Assembly (NCBI GenBank): GCA_043753995.1 | Contig: JAYUVP010000183.1 | Coordinates: forward strand, 1 to 50,287 | Source of the DNA: Fibrobacterota bacterium | Lineage (GTDB): Bacteria > Fibrobacterota > Fibrobacteria > UBA11236 | DNA length: 50,287 nucleotides | Direction of reading: 5' to 3' | The notes under the pieces: generated by a model | Seen by the model: only the letters and a program-made list of their open reading frames with translations | Databases searched by the model: none | What the model was told of the DNA's origin: nothing | Position numbers and translations under genes: made by a program | Shown here: one piece after another, positions 28,652 through 37,944 of the stretch | Layout of the letters: each line of letters begins with the position of its first letter | Numbering within the stretch: the stretch's first letter is position 1

Positions 28652-30418
28652 TCATGCTTTCATGTTCATGCGCTTCTTCAGGGTTTCGACTAACTGTCCC
28701 ATATGAATAGGCTTGGGGATGAAATCATCCATGCCTGCCTCTAGGCAATGCTGCATGTCTTCGCTTTGAGAATTGGCGGTCAGGGCAATGATCAATTGAT
28801 GTGACGGGTCTTTTTCCTCGGCGCGAATTCTTTTTGTAGTCTCGTAACCATCCATGACCGGCATTTGGCAATCCATGAAAATGACAGCGTATTCTTGCTC
28901 AACCAGCTTTTCCAAAGCGATGCCCCCATGCCGGGCAATATCCACCTCAAACCCTATGCGTTCCAGAAATCGACGCGCCACCAATTGATTTACCGGATTA
29001 TCTTCGACGAGTAAGGCGCGTTGACCTTTGAAGTCGGTTGATTCTTCGAAGGCTGGCAAAATGGAATGAACGGAATCAGGTACCGCCGCTTGTAGCTTGA
29101 CCTTGAAAGTGAAAACACTTCCCTGACCCGGAACCGACTCAACCAGGATATTTCCGCCCATGGCTTCGGCCAGCCTTTTTGAAATCACCAAGCCCAAACC
29201 GGTGCCGCCAAATTTCCGGCTTGTTCCCGTATCTGCCTGACTGAAAGGCTTGAATAATCGGTCAAGAGTATTCGCTTCAATGCCTATGCCGGTGTCCTGG
29301 ATGGCGATGCGAATTTCGTGAAAATCCTCCTTGGTCGGAATCGAGGAAACCTGGATGGAAATACGCCCCTTCTCGGTGAATTTGACCGCATTATTCAGCA
29401 GATTCATGCAAATCTGTCGGCACCGAATCTCGTCGCCGGTCACCCATTCGGGAATGCCCGTTTCCCAGCGATAGGTGCATTCCAAGCCCTTGGCTTTGGC
29501 GGGCTTTTCCGCCAGGCTTAGACATTCTTCCACCATATTGCGAAAGTGAAATGGGCGCGCGTCCAAGTCCATGCGCCCCGCTTCGATTTTCGAAAAGTCC
29601 AAGGTGTCATTGATGATGGCCAGCAACAATTCCCCCGAACTGCGCATGAGGCGCAAGTCGGATTGAACATGACGCGGAAGATCGGAAGCCCCCAAAGATT
29701 GGAGAACGCCGAAAATACCGTTCAGGGGCGTGCGTATTTCATGGCTGACAGTCGAAAGAAAGCGGCTTTTTTCCTGGCTATGGAATTCAGCCAATTGTTT
29801 CGCTTGTAGCAATTTCTCATGGGCCGTGTGAAATGACCAAATGAGCACATAGGAGCAGGTGAACAGCATGGCGCCAGTCGTGCCCGTAATGGCGTGACTG
29901 ATAATGGCATGGGCATCTGCATTCAAATGGGTAGGGGGAATGAACCACGGTCCTTTCCAGAGGAGCAGGGCGAAAAATCCCAAGGGCTGGGCCACCGAAA
30001 AAAGAATGCACTTCCATTCGCGGACATGAAAAAGCATGAGAGGCGAAATTAGGGTGAAGAAAAAGACATGGTGTATCGAAGTCCCTAAACCGAGGGAGGC
30101 GGTATACAGGTAAACGGAAAAGTTGATGGCGGCGAGCAGAGAGAGGCGAGAAAAGGTGGTGAATCCAGCCCAATTGATGAATGGGATGGAAGCGAAAAAA
30201 AGAGACAAGGGAATGACATAAAAGGAAAGCCAGGTGGCGCCGAAAGAACGGAAAACCCAAAAGTACGGGAAAGTAATCAGGAAATGGGCCGCACCTGCAT
30301 AATTGCAAATGCGCGTGTGACGGGCCAGCGACTGGCTCATATCCTGGGTAACACCCAGGTTTCCTATGACCCAAACCGCCCTTTTCCAGACCGAAGGCCT
30401 CAGGCCTAAAATCGTCAT
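28652..30418 (-). CDS. Hybrid sensor histidine kinase/response regulator with a multi-pass membrane sensor domain
   Basis: About 6 TM helices; HisKA FLSTVSHEIRTPLN; HATPase NLLNNAVKFT/DTGIG/GGTGLGL; intact receiver VEDN...FMDCQMP...KP. Confidence 0.95.
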   Translation of the reverse strand: MTILGLRPSVWKRAVWVIGNLGVTQDMSQSLARHTRICNYAGAAHFLITFPYFWVFRSFGATWLSFYVIPLSLFFASIPFINWAGFTTFSRLSLLAAINFSVYLYTASLGLGTSIHHVFFFTLISPLMLFHVREWKCILFSVAQPLGFFALLLWKGPWFIPPTHLNADAHAIISHAITGTTGAMLFTCSYVLIWSFHTAHEKLLQAKQLAEFHSQEKSRFLSTVSHEIRTPLNGIFGVLQSLGASDLPRHVQSDLRLMRSSGELLLAIINDTLDFSKIEAGRMDLDARPFHFRNMVEECLSLAEKPAKAKGLECTYRWETGIPEWVTGDEIRCRQICMNLLNNAVKFTEKGRISIQVSSIPTKEDFHEIRIAIQDTGIGIEANTLDRLFKPFSQADTGTSRKFGGTGLGLVISKRLAEAMGGNILVESVPGQGSVFTFKVKLQAAVPDSVHSILPAFEESTDFKGQRALLVEDNPVNQLVARRFLERIGFEVDIARHGGIALEKLVEQEYAVIFMDCQMPVMDGYETTKRIRAEEKDPSHQLIIALTANSQSEDMQHCLEAGMDDFIPKPIHMGQLVETLKKRMNMKA

Positions 30419-30446
30419 GAATCGCCAACCCTCATGGTTTCTTGCA

Positions 30447-30462
30447 TGGCATTGCGTTTGAA
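30447..30462 (+). promoter_or_regulatory. Possible sigma54 (-24/-12) promoter for the terpene-cyclase-like gene
   Basis: TGGCAT-TGCGT-TTGAA has the correct spacing, but GA replaces GC at -12. Confidence 0.3.
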
Positions 30463-30532
30463 CAGCCTAAAAGGATAAAATAGGGACTGGTCGGCGCTAT
30501 TATCCAGGTTTTCAAATCCAAAGGAAAGCATT

Positions 30533-31246
30533 ATGGAGTCCATCCTTCATTGTCCAGACGGTTTGGTGAACGATCCTGGCCGTTTCCTGAACTTTACGGA
30601 TAGGAATTGCGTCCCCTACACTATCCCCGAGCTGATTCTATTTGCTGGCGGATGCCTCATGTGGGTGGTGGCCTATGTGATCCTCATTCGTAATGCCCGC
30701 AAGTTTAAATCCATGGACATGGCGGTCCTAGCCGTCTGCAGCAATTTCGCCTGGGAAGCCCTGTGGTCCTGGCCATTCCACACCGACATGGGTTGGTTTT
30801 TGGTTTGGACCTATCGCGCCTGGTTTTTTCTGGACATCTATATCTTCTGGCTGACCCTCAAGTATGGCGCGGACCAAATCGCAACGCCAGCACTAAAGCG
30901 ACACTTCAAATCGGCAACCGTGGCCACCCTCACGGCCTTTACGGTCGTGTATTACTTCTTTATCGCCGAAGGTCACGACACCTTGATCGGGGCGAACTCA
31001 GCCTATATCGCACAATTGCTGGTTTCAGGCCCTTGTCTCATCCTGCTCCTGCGCAATCCACAACTGGTGGGGCTCTCCTTCCATGTGGCTTGGTTGCGAA
31101 GCTTTGGAACCGGTGCCAATACGGTTTTCATGTATTTGCATTATCCGGCCAATCATTTCGTGCAGGCCATGGCCACTCTGGCCTTCGTGCTTGACATGAT
31201 TTACCTCGTCCTATTCTTGAAATTTAGGCGGGCCAACCTACCTTAG
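30533..31246 (+). CDS. Pyr4/PaxB/XiaH-like integral-membrane terpene cyclase homologue
   Basis: W..AY...I, AVCSNFAWE (E75), WFFLD...LKYG, LLLR....G.S...AW.R..GT and C-terminal LDMIY (D221); about 7 TM helices; AAGGA RBS. Confidence 0.8.
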   Translation: MESILHCPDGLVNDPGRFLNFTDRNCVPYTIPELILFAGGCLMWVVAYVILIRNARKFKSMDMAVLAVCSNFAWEALWSWPFHTDMGWFLVWTYRAWFFLDIYIFWLTLKYGADQIATPALKRHFKSATVATLTAFTVVYYFFIAEGHDTLIGANSAYIAQLLVSGPCLILLLRNPQLVGLSFHVAWLRSFGTGANTVFMYLHYPANHFVQAMATLAFVLDMIYLVLFLKFRRANLP

Positions 31247-31262
31247 CGGTTGAAGCCTAGAC

Positions 31263-31292
31263 AAAAAAAAGGACGACCCGCGAGGGTCGCCC
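31263..31292 (-). terminator. Rho-independent terminator of the PEP-CTERM gene
   Basis: The minus strand reads GGGCGACCC-TCGC-GGGTCGTCC followed by T8. Confidence 0.85.
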
Positions 31293-31323
31293 GAAACCGA
31301 GAATTCAGATCTAAGAAGGCTGA

Positions 31324-32013
31324 TTACGCTTTTTTTCTTTTCGCCAATCGCATGCCAGCGATGCCAACAAGGCTCAGGCCGAATAAGGCCAAGGTGCTGG
31401 GCTCAGGAACGGCGCCGTAAACCTTGATACGATAGATTTCCGTTTCACCCTGGAATACGTCCGAGCCGCCTGGGCCATGAACATCGGTAGCCCATGCATT
31501 CCAGTCGGCTGAAGTGGGTTTGCCATCGGCTGGGCCGGACAGGCCGGAAAGATCGGCGCTGCACATGACGCTCGCCAATAAGTCAAAATCACCTGCGGTG
31601 GCAAAGGTGTAGTTAAAGGAAAAGGACTTATCGCCACCGTTCCAAGCTTTATACGAATAGGAATTCGATGTCATATTCACGTTACTAACATCAAAATCCC
31701 AAATGAAACTATTCGAATACAGGGTCGAACCGCCGATGGGGGCATTGTCAATCCAAACCTTCAGGGCATCAAAATCATGCATGCCCCAATTCGATTTGTG
31801 CATTTTGACTGAGAAGGTGACGCTTTCGCCAACATCGATTTGGTTATTGCTATTGGCATCAGCCCATGTATAGGACGTGGACTTGATGTCCTGCCAAGAC
31901 CGGTCGGCAGTATAGTTCTGAGTCGCGGTCATGGTGATAGGCGCAGCATGGGCCGCCCCCACAGCTACCAGGGAGAGAATCCCAACTTTGAGTTTTGCAA
32001 GACTTTGTTTCAT
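31324..32013 (-). CDS. PEP-CTERM sorting-domain surface protein
   Basis: Signal peptide MKQSLAKLKVGILSLVAVGAAHA; Ser/Thr/Asn-rich body; C-terminal VPEPSTLALFGLSLVGIAGMRLAKRKKA. AAGGA RBS before ATG 32013. Confidence 0.93.
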   Translation of the reverse strand: MKQSLAKLKVGILSLVAVGAAHAAPITMTATQNYTADRSWQDIKSTSYTWADANSNNQIDVGESVTFSVKMHKSNWGMHDFDALKVWIDNAPIGGSTLYSNSFIWDFDVSNVNMTSNSYSYKAWNGGDKSFSFNYTFATAGDFDLLASVMCSADLSGLSGPADGKPTSADWNAWATDVHGPGGSDVFQGETEIYRIKVYGAVPEPSTLALFGLSLVGIAGMRLAKRKKA

Positions 32014-32254
32014 AGTCACATCCTTGGAGATATTCGGATAAAAAAAACAACTACGGATGTTTTTCGAGGTCTTTAAATAGGTGTAAACGAAGACTTTACC
32101 CTGGGTTTCCCGGGTTTTGGCCCAGATTGTAAAGTTCTCCGGCAATTTTCACACGGATTCGCAGCCTTTTTGCCTTTTTGGGCCATGGTCCTTGAATGGA
32201 AATTGAGGGCGAATAGAACGAGGATTTCCCGCCTTCGATCTACCTCTTTGCTCC

Positions 32255-35200
32255 ATGAGCAAAATCGGTCGCAATGACTTAGCCCTGCTCCCTTCGGGGT
32301 GGTGGGAAGTCGTGCCCGAAAAATTTCGCAAGCATTTCGAGCGCAAAACCCTGCGGCAAGGCTATTTGCTCCACCTGGAAAACAAAGTCGTCGATGTTGT
32401 TTTTTTTCGGATGGTTTATCGCGCCGAGGTGATTGACGGCGATCGTCGCTATGTCTGCCATTATCGACATCGACTCCCATCGATTCCAACCTTGCTTGGG
32501 AATAGCGAATGTTCGTGCGGCACTTCGACCGTCACGCATTCCTGCGCGCATCAAGCCGCCTTGCTCTTTCGCGTACTGGCCACACCCACTAGTTTGCCTA
32601 TTGCTGGAGGAAAAACCATTGGCGAGGGCTATTCCGCGAGCCTCTGGGCCACTCTGGCCTTGGGTTTATGCCGGTCTTTTGGCGCCACGCCCTTGAGGTT
32701 TGCGCCGGAGCCGGGGCGAATCTCCCTGGTCACTGCGGAGAATGTCCCTGTCTTCGGATTTGATATCGAAGGTGAAATCAATCACGTTTTAAATGCTTTC
32801 CAAGAAAAATGGGAAAGCGCGCCTGCCGGGCATCTCTTTGTCGCCTGGGCGCGCGAAGAAATCCTGTCGCAAGAATTGCATGAATTGAAATTGCTTGGTC
32901 ACACGCCCACCAAGCGCGCCGAATTCGGCGCCGCCGGACTAGCCTGTCGCATCGCCTATTTGCTTTGCCCCCAGCCCCGATGCCTCCTAGATTGGCGAGA
33001 AGATCGTGAATTATTTCACATTCAAGTCGGAGACACCGCTTCGGATTTTCAAGCCCTAGCCTGGATGGGAGTTGAGCCCGCTTTTTCCCTGCACAAGAAA
33101 TTCCCGCAAATAGAACTGGGAGAGGGTTTCGGAAATGAGCAGGAAGTTTGGCGCAAGGGCTTGGAAATTCGCGTCGACCAAGGCAGCCGATTGCGCATTC
33201 GCCCCTTCGCTGCAGGCCCAGCGGATTCTATCGATGAGGTCACACCTATGTTTCCTGCGGCTACGGGCGAGGGACTATGGTTCGGCGATCGGAATCACTT
33301 GCCGGGTCTTGGATTTCGTCGCTTGCAACCCGGATCGGGAGCGCTCTTTCAGCGCTATTCCGGATGGAAAACCTATTGGGTAGAGGCTGGGGCGGTTCCC
33401 GGGTTTTTAGCCAAATACCAATCGGAATTATCCGCCGGATCCGATGTCGATCTCGATCCCATTCTTGAGCAGCCCAAGCCTGCCACGGTTAGCCGCATGC
33501 GCGTCCATTGGATGGGCCGGATGGAAAATCGATTTCGCGTCAAACTGGAATATGCTCTGGGCAATACCACTTTGGATTTGCAAGCCCTGCATTCGCTTTT
33601 GGATTCCGGACAAAGTTGCCTTATCACCGCCGATGGATGGGTGGACATCTCGGTACCGGAGTGGTCTTGGTTAAGTCGTTTGAAATCCGACGACTGGGTT
33701 CGCGAGGGGGATGTCGTGCACGCCCTGCTAGACCGAGCCCTATTGACGCGCATTTGCGTCATGCATGCCCCGACCACCATCGAAGTGATTTCCAAAGGGG
33801 ATGATAGTCTCGATTTCCTGACAACCTTGCCCCAGGGGAATTCCGAAGCGCCTGCCATTCCCCAGGGCGATGTCCAGCTTCCCATCGCGGGACTGCGCGC
33901 CTATCAAGCCGATGGCCTGCGCTGGCTGGCCCAACTGGCTGACATGGGGCTTTCCGGCATTCTCGCCGATGACATGGGCTTGGGAAAAACCCATCAAGTG
34001 ATGGCGCTTTGCGCCTGGTTGCATGAGCGCTCCCAGGGTCGCGATAAGTTTTTGATTGTTTGTCCCACTTCGGTGCTTTATCACTGGAAGGATAAGATCG
34101 AGAAATTTCATCCCGGTTTGAAAACCGGCATCTACCATGGCCCGCAACGCGATGCCGCCTTACTCAACCTTCCGCTTTGCATTACCAGCTATGGCATTGT
34201 TCGCAATGATATGGCGCTTTTTCGCAAGCGGGAATATGCCTTGCTGATTCTCGATGAAGCGCAATACTCGAAAAACCGCGACTCGGAAACGCATAAATCC
34301 CTGCGTGAATTTCCGGCGCGCAGCATTATTGGATTGACGGGTACCCCGCTGGAGAACAATGTCTGGGAGGTGAAAAACCTTTTCGACCTGATCCTGCCGG
34401 GCTACTTTCCCGGCGAAGCCCAGTTTCGCAACGAAATCGCCGCGCCCCTGGAAGCGATTCCAGTCCGCAGCGGCGGGATTAGCGTTCCCATCTCCATGCG
34501 CGCAGAAGTCGATTGCGCCAGGGAACGCTTTCTGCGTTTGACGCGGCCTTTCATGCTGCGACGCCTCAAGTCGCAAGTTCTCGAGGACTTGCCTGAAAAA
34601 GTCGAAGAGACCTATCACTGTGAAATGACGGCCGATCAAGCCGAACTTTATCAAGCCTCACTGAAACAAAAGGGCGGTCCACTCCTTCGTGAATTGCTTG
34701 GCGCGCGGCCCGCATCCTTGCTGCATGTTTTTCAATTGCTCAATCATTTGAAGCAGATATGCAATCATCCCATGACCCTTGCCGGGGCGGATGCGCCCGA
34801 TAGGGAATTCGGCAGCGGCAAATGGGACCTTTTCCAATTTCTATTGGAAAAATCCCTGAGCTCCGGCCACAAGGTCGTGGTCTTTAGCCAATACCTGAAC
34901 ATGCTGGCTTGGATCGAAAAGCACCTGGAAAAATTGGGTATCGGCTATGTTACCCTCACTGGCGCCACCGGCAATCGCCAAGTTGTACTGAATCGTTTCG
35001 CCACCGATCCGGAATGCCGGGTTTTCTGCTGTAGCCTCAAGGCCGGCGGCATAGGCATTGATTTAACCGCCGCCGAAACGGTCATTCATTACGATCGCTG
35101 GTGGAATGCCGCGCGGGAGAATCAAGCCACCGATCGCGTTCACCGCATCGGTCAATTGAAAAACGTGCAAGTTTTCAAACTCGTCACCCGCAACACCATT

Positions 35201-35323
35201 GAAGAACGTATCGACGCCATCATCCAAAGAAAAGCAGACTTCATGGATTCGCTAGTCCCTGACGCGGAAGGCGGACTCAAACTTTTCACGCGCGAAGAGT
35301 TGGTCGAGCTATTGCGTGGCTAG
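32255..35323 (+). CDS. SWIM zinc finger-SNF2 family helicase/ATPase
   Basis: CSC...CAH SWIM motif; ILADDMGLGKT, LILDEAQ, LTGTPLENN, SLKAGGIGIDLT and QATDRVHRIGQ. Confidence 0.93.
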   Translation: MSKIGRNDLALLPSGWWEVVPEKFRKHFERKTLRQGYLLHLENKVVDVVFFRMVYRAEVIDGDRRYVCHYRHRLPSIPTLLGNSECSCGTSTVTHSCAHQAALLFRVLATPTSLPIAGGKTIGEGYSASLWATLALGLCRSFGATPLRFAPEPGRISLVTAENVPVFGFDIEGEINHVLNAFQEKWESAPAGHLFVAWAREEILSQELHELKLLGHTPTKRAEFGAAGLACRIAYLLCPQPRCLLDWREDRELFHIQVGDTASDFQALAWMGVEPAFSLHKKFPQIELGEGFGNEQEVWRKGLEIRVDQGSRLRIRPFAAGPADSIDEVTPMFPAATGEGLWFGDRNHLPGLGFRRLQPGSGALFQRYSGWKTYWVEAGAVPGFLAKYQSELSAGSDVDLDPILEQPKPATVSRMRVHWMGRMENRFRVKLEYALGNTTLDLQALHSLLDSGQSCLITADGWVDISVPEWSWLSRLKSDDWVREGDVVHALLDRALLTRICVMHAPTTIEVISKGDDSLDFLTTLPQGNSEAPAIPQGDVQLPIAGLRAYQADGLRWLAQLADMGLSGILADDMGLGKTHQVMALCAWLHERSQGRDKFLIVCPTSVLYHWKDKIEKFHPGLKTGIYHGPQRDAALLNLPLCITSYGIVRNDMALFRKREYALLILDEAQYSKNRDSETHKSLREFPARSIIGLTGTPLENNVWEVKNLFDLILPGYFPGEAQFRNEIAAPLEAIPVRSGGISVPISMRAEVDCARERFLRLTRPFMLRRLKSQVLEDLPEKVEETYHCEMTADQAELYQASLKQKGGPLLRELLGARPASLLHVFQLLNHLKQICNHPMTLAGADAPDREFGSGKWDLFQFLLEKSLSSGHKVVVFSQYLNMLAWIEKHLEKLGIGYVTLTGATGNRQVVLNRFATDPECRVFCCSLKAGGIGIDLTAAETVIHYDRWWNAARENQATDRVHRIGQLKNVQVFKLVTRNTIEERIDAIIQRKADFMDSLVPDAEGGLKLFTREELVELLRG

Positions 35324-35372
35324 GGTCGGGGTTTAGGGCTTCGAAACCCATCGCCGGCGCTTAGCACCGAGG

Positions 35373-35906
35373 CTAAGGCTTCGGGGCCAAGCTCCGTGGC
35401 CGCCACTCCGTCACTTGCAAGGTGTCCTGCACAATTTGGCGCTGCAAAATCTGGCTGCTGCGGAAGAGCCAAATGGAAAAATCGCCAGCGCTTCCCGAAT
35501 AATACAGGCTATCGAGGTCGCGCTCATAAACATGGCAGCGAGTGAAAAGACGAAACTCCAATTCATCCTTGAATCGCTGTCCCGTGTAAGCATTAAACAG
35601 AATTTCGGAAAGTTTGGGATAGCCCAGAAAATGCACACCCGTGGCGCGAAAAAATTCGGCGATGGTGTCGGTATAAATCTGCCGGTGCAAGGCCGCCACT
35701 TCGAATCGCGCCGTATCGACGTGATAGGGCTTGGCGTGAGCCTCGTCCTGGCCCAAGTAAGCGCGCAAGGTATCGGTGAGTGCCGCGAGTTTTTCCTGGT
35801 CTTGTCGCCTCTCGCGTAATTCTGGGCTTTTCAAGCGTATGACGGCAAAGCTAAGCAGTACCAGAAAGGCGAGGAAGAGCAAGGCGAACAGGGGTTTTTT
35901 AGACAT
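35373..35906 (-). CDS. Hypothetical protein with N-terminal membrane anchor
   Basis: The 177-aa ORF fills the gap between genes and has a basic N-terminus followed by a hydrophobic helix. Confidence 0.65.
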   Translation of the reverse strand: MSKKPLFALLFLAFLVLLSFAVIRLKSPELRERRQDQEKLAALTDTLRAYLGQDEAHAKPYHVDTARFEVAALHRQIYTDTIAEFFRATGVHFLGYPKLSEILFNAYTGQRFKDELEFRLFTRCHVYERDLDSLYYSGSAGDFSIWLFRSSQILQRQIVQDTLQVTEWRPRSLAPKP

Positions 35907-35963
35907 GAGGGAGTTCCAAGATAACCGAAGTTAGATTTTCCATTCCCGCCCGCAGGAGTCGAC

Positions 35964-36980
35964 ATGTTCGGTTTTTCTTTCATCAAGTTTCAGCCCAATG
36001 TTTTCGTCATGCGCTATAAGAATGGTCAAGTCATCAATGAAGGCAATGGGTTGTCCTTCCTGTATTACCGTCCCACGACTTCCTTGGTGGCGATTCCCAT
36101 GGGCAGCATTGAGACACCATTCATCTTCGAGGAAGTGACGTCGGACTATCAGGCCATCACCATTCAAGGCCAAATTGCCTATCGCGTTAAAGATCCTGCC
36201 AAAATATCCAAGCTTTTGAATTTCACGCTCGATCATAGCGGCAAGAATTACAGTTCGGAAGATCCCAAGAAATTGTCGCAGCGAATTGTGAATTATGTCC
36301 AGGTATCCACTCGCAAACAAATCCTGGATTTGCCTCTGCGCGAAACCTTGAAGTCAGGCGAAAAAATCGTAGAGAGCATTCTTTCCGGCCTCAATCAAAA
36401 TGCGGACATCGCCTCCTTGGGCCTAGATATTTTAAGCCTTTCCATACTCGCTATCCGGCCCAATCAGGAAACCGCGCGCGCGCTTGAAGCCGAGGCCCGC
36501 GAGAAAATCCTAAACGAAGCGGACAATGCCATCTACTCGCGGAGAAATGCCTCGGTGGAACAGGAAAGAACCATCAAGGAAAATGAGCTAAGCACCGAAA
36601 TCGCGGTCGAGAATAAGAAAAAGCAAATCCGCGAAGCTCAGATGGAATCGGAAAAGCTGGTGCAAACGAAAAAGCACGAATTACAGGCCTCGGAAATGGC
36701 TTTCTCGGTAAAGCAGGAAGAAGAAAAGAAAAAATTGGTCGAGCTTTCAGTCCTAAATGCCCGTGCCGAATCGGATGCCAAGGCTTATGCCATTTCAGCA
36801 GCCATGGGCGCGTTTCAAGGTGTCGATCCGAATGTTTTGCATGCCCTGGCAAGCGTGGGCATGAAGCCCAATCAAATGATTGCCATGGCCTTTCAAGGCT
36901 TAGCCGAAAGGGCCGACAAAATCGGGGAATTGAATATTTCCCCGGAGCTATTGAGGGAATTGTTCAAGAAATCCGATTGA
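35964..36980 (+). CDS. SPFH/Band 7 domain protein (NrtX/OrfX-like)
   Basis: GLSFLYY.P, TSDYQAITIQGQI.YR, LNFT and ALEAEARE...ADNAIYSRRNASVEQERTIKENEL coiled coil; AGGAG RBS. Confidence 0.88.
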   Translation: MFGFSFIKFQPNVFVMRYKNGQVINEGNGLSFLYYRPTTSLVAIPMGSIETPFIFEEVTSDYQAITIQGQIAYRVKDPAKISKLLNFTLDHSGKNYSSEDPKKLSQRIVNYVQVSTRKQILDLPLRETLKSGEKIVESILSGLNQNADIASLGLDILSLSILAIRPNQETARALEAEAREKILNEADNAIYSRRNASVEQERTIKENELSTEIAVENKKKQIREAQMESEKLVQTKKHELQASEMAFSVKQEEEKKKLVELSVLNARAESDAKAYAISAAMGAFQGVDPNVLHALASVGMKPNQMIAMAFQGLAERADKIGELNISPELLRELFKKSD

Positions 36981-36981
36981 A

Positions 36982-37920
36982 ATGAATAGCTCCTCCGATC
37001 GCAAATTCATTTTGATTCGACGCAGGACGCGTTTGAGCGATCTCATCGTTCGCTTCAATTCCGTATCCCAAGCCCGCTTTTACATTGAGCATTTGGGCGC
37101 GGATTTTGAAGATTATCAGAAAGAGCACGATGAATATGAAGCGGCCATTGCCCAAAGCGAGGCCACGCTTCAAACCTTGGGGCGCGTGCAGGTTTTAGAT
37201 CGGAATTATCTCTCCAACTTTCTATTCGGCCAAGAGGACATTGTCGTTTGCGTGGGACAGGACGGCCTCGTCGCCAATACCTTGAAGTACTTGCATGGCC
37301 AAAGCCTAGTCGGCGTCAACCCATCTCCCCGCCGCTGGGACGGCGTTTTGCTTCCCTTTCAAGTTCAAGATTTGCCGAAGCTCATGCCGGACCTGCTCAA
37401 AAACAAAAGAGCCCACAAAGAAGTGACCATGGGGCTCGCGGTATTGAATGGAAGCCAATCCCTGCTGGCCGTGAATGATTTTTTTATCGGGCAAAAAACG
37501 CATGTCTCCGCACGCTATCAAATTCGCCATGGCGAGGCCAGCGAAGCGCATTCTTCCAGTGGCGTGATCGTTTCGACGGGACTGGGCTCCACGGGTTGGA
37601 TGAAAAGCGTGCTTACGGGCTCACTGGGTGTGGCCAATATATTGGTAGGCGAAACCAAGGCCCAAACGGTGAAGCAAAAAATGAGCTGGGATGCGGATTA
37701 TCTGTATTTCTCGGTGCGCGAACCGTTTCCAAGCAATAATACCGGCACGCAAATCATTTTCGGAAAAGTGACCCGGGAAAAGCCACTCACTCTTTTGTCC
37801 CAAATGGCGGAAAACGGCGTTGTATTCAGCGATGGACTAGAGAAAGACTATTTGGAATTCAATTCGGGTGCCAGCCTGCAAATATCGCTTGCCGACCAAA
37901 AAGGCGCTATCGTGATTTAA
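36982..37920 (+). CDS. NAD kinase-like protein (NrtY/OrfY-like)
   Basis: VGQDGLVAN (GGDG variant), GVNP, AVND, SSGVIVSTGLGSTGW and FSDG motifs; starts 1 nt after the SPFH stop. Confidence 0.85.
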   Translation: MNSSSDRKFILIRRRTRLSDLIVRFNSVSQARFYIEHLGADFEDYQKEHDEYEAAIAQSEATLQTLGRVQVLDRNYLSNFLFGQEDIVVCVGQDGLVANTLKYLHGQSLVGVNPSPRRWDGVLLPFQVQDLPKLMPDLLKNKRAHKEVTMGLAVLNGSQSLLAVNDFFIGQKTHVSARYQIRHGEASEAHSSSGVIVSTGLGSTGWMKSVLTGSLGVANILVGETKAQTVKQKMSWDADYLYFSVREPFPSNNTGTQIIFGKVTREKPLTLLSQMAENGVVFSDGLEKDYLEFNSGASLQISLADQKGAIVI

Positions 37921-37944
37921 TAGCGCCTAGGGAACCGGGCTGAA

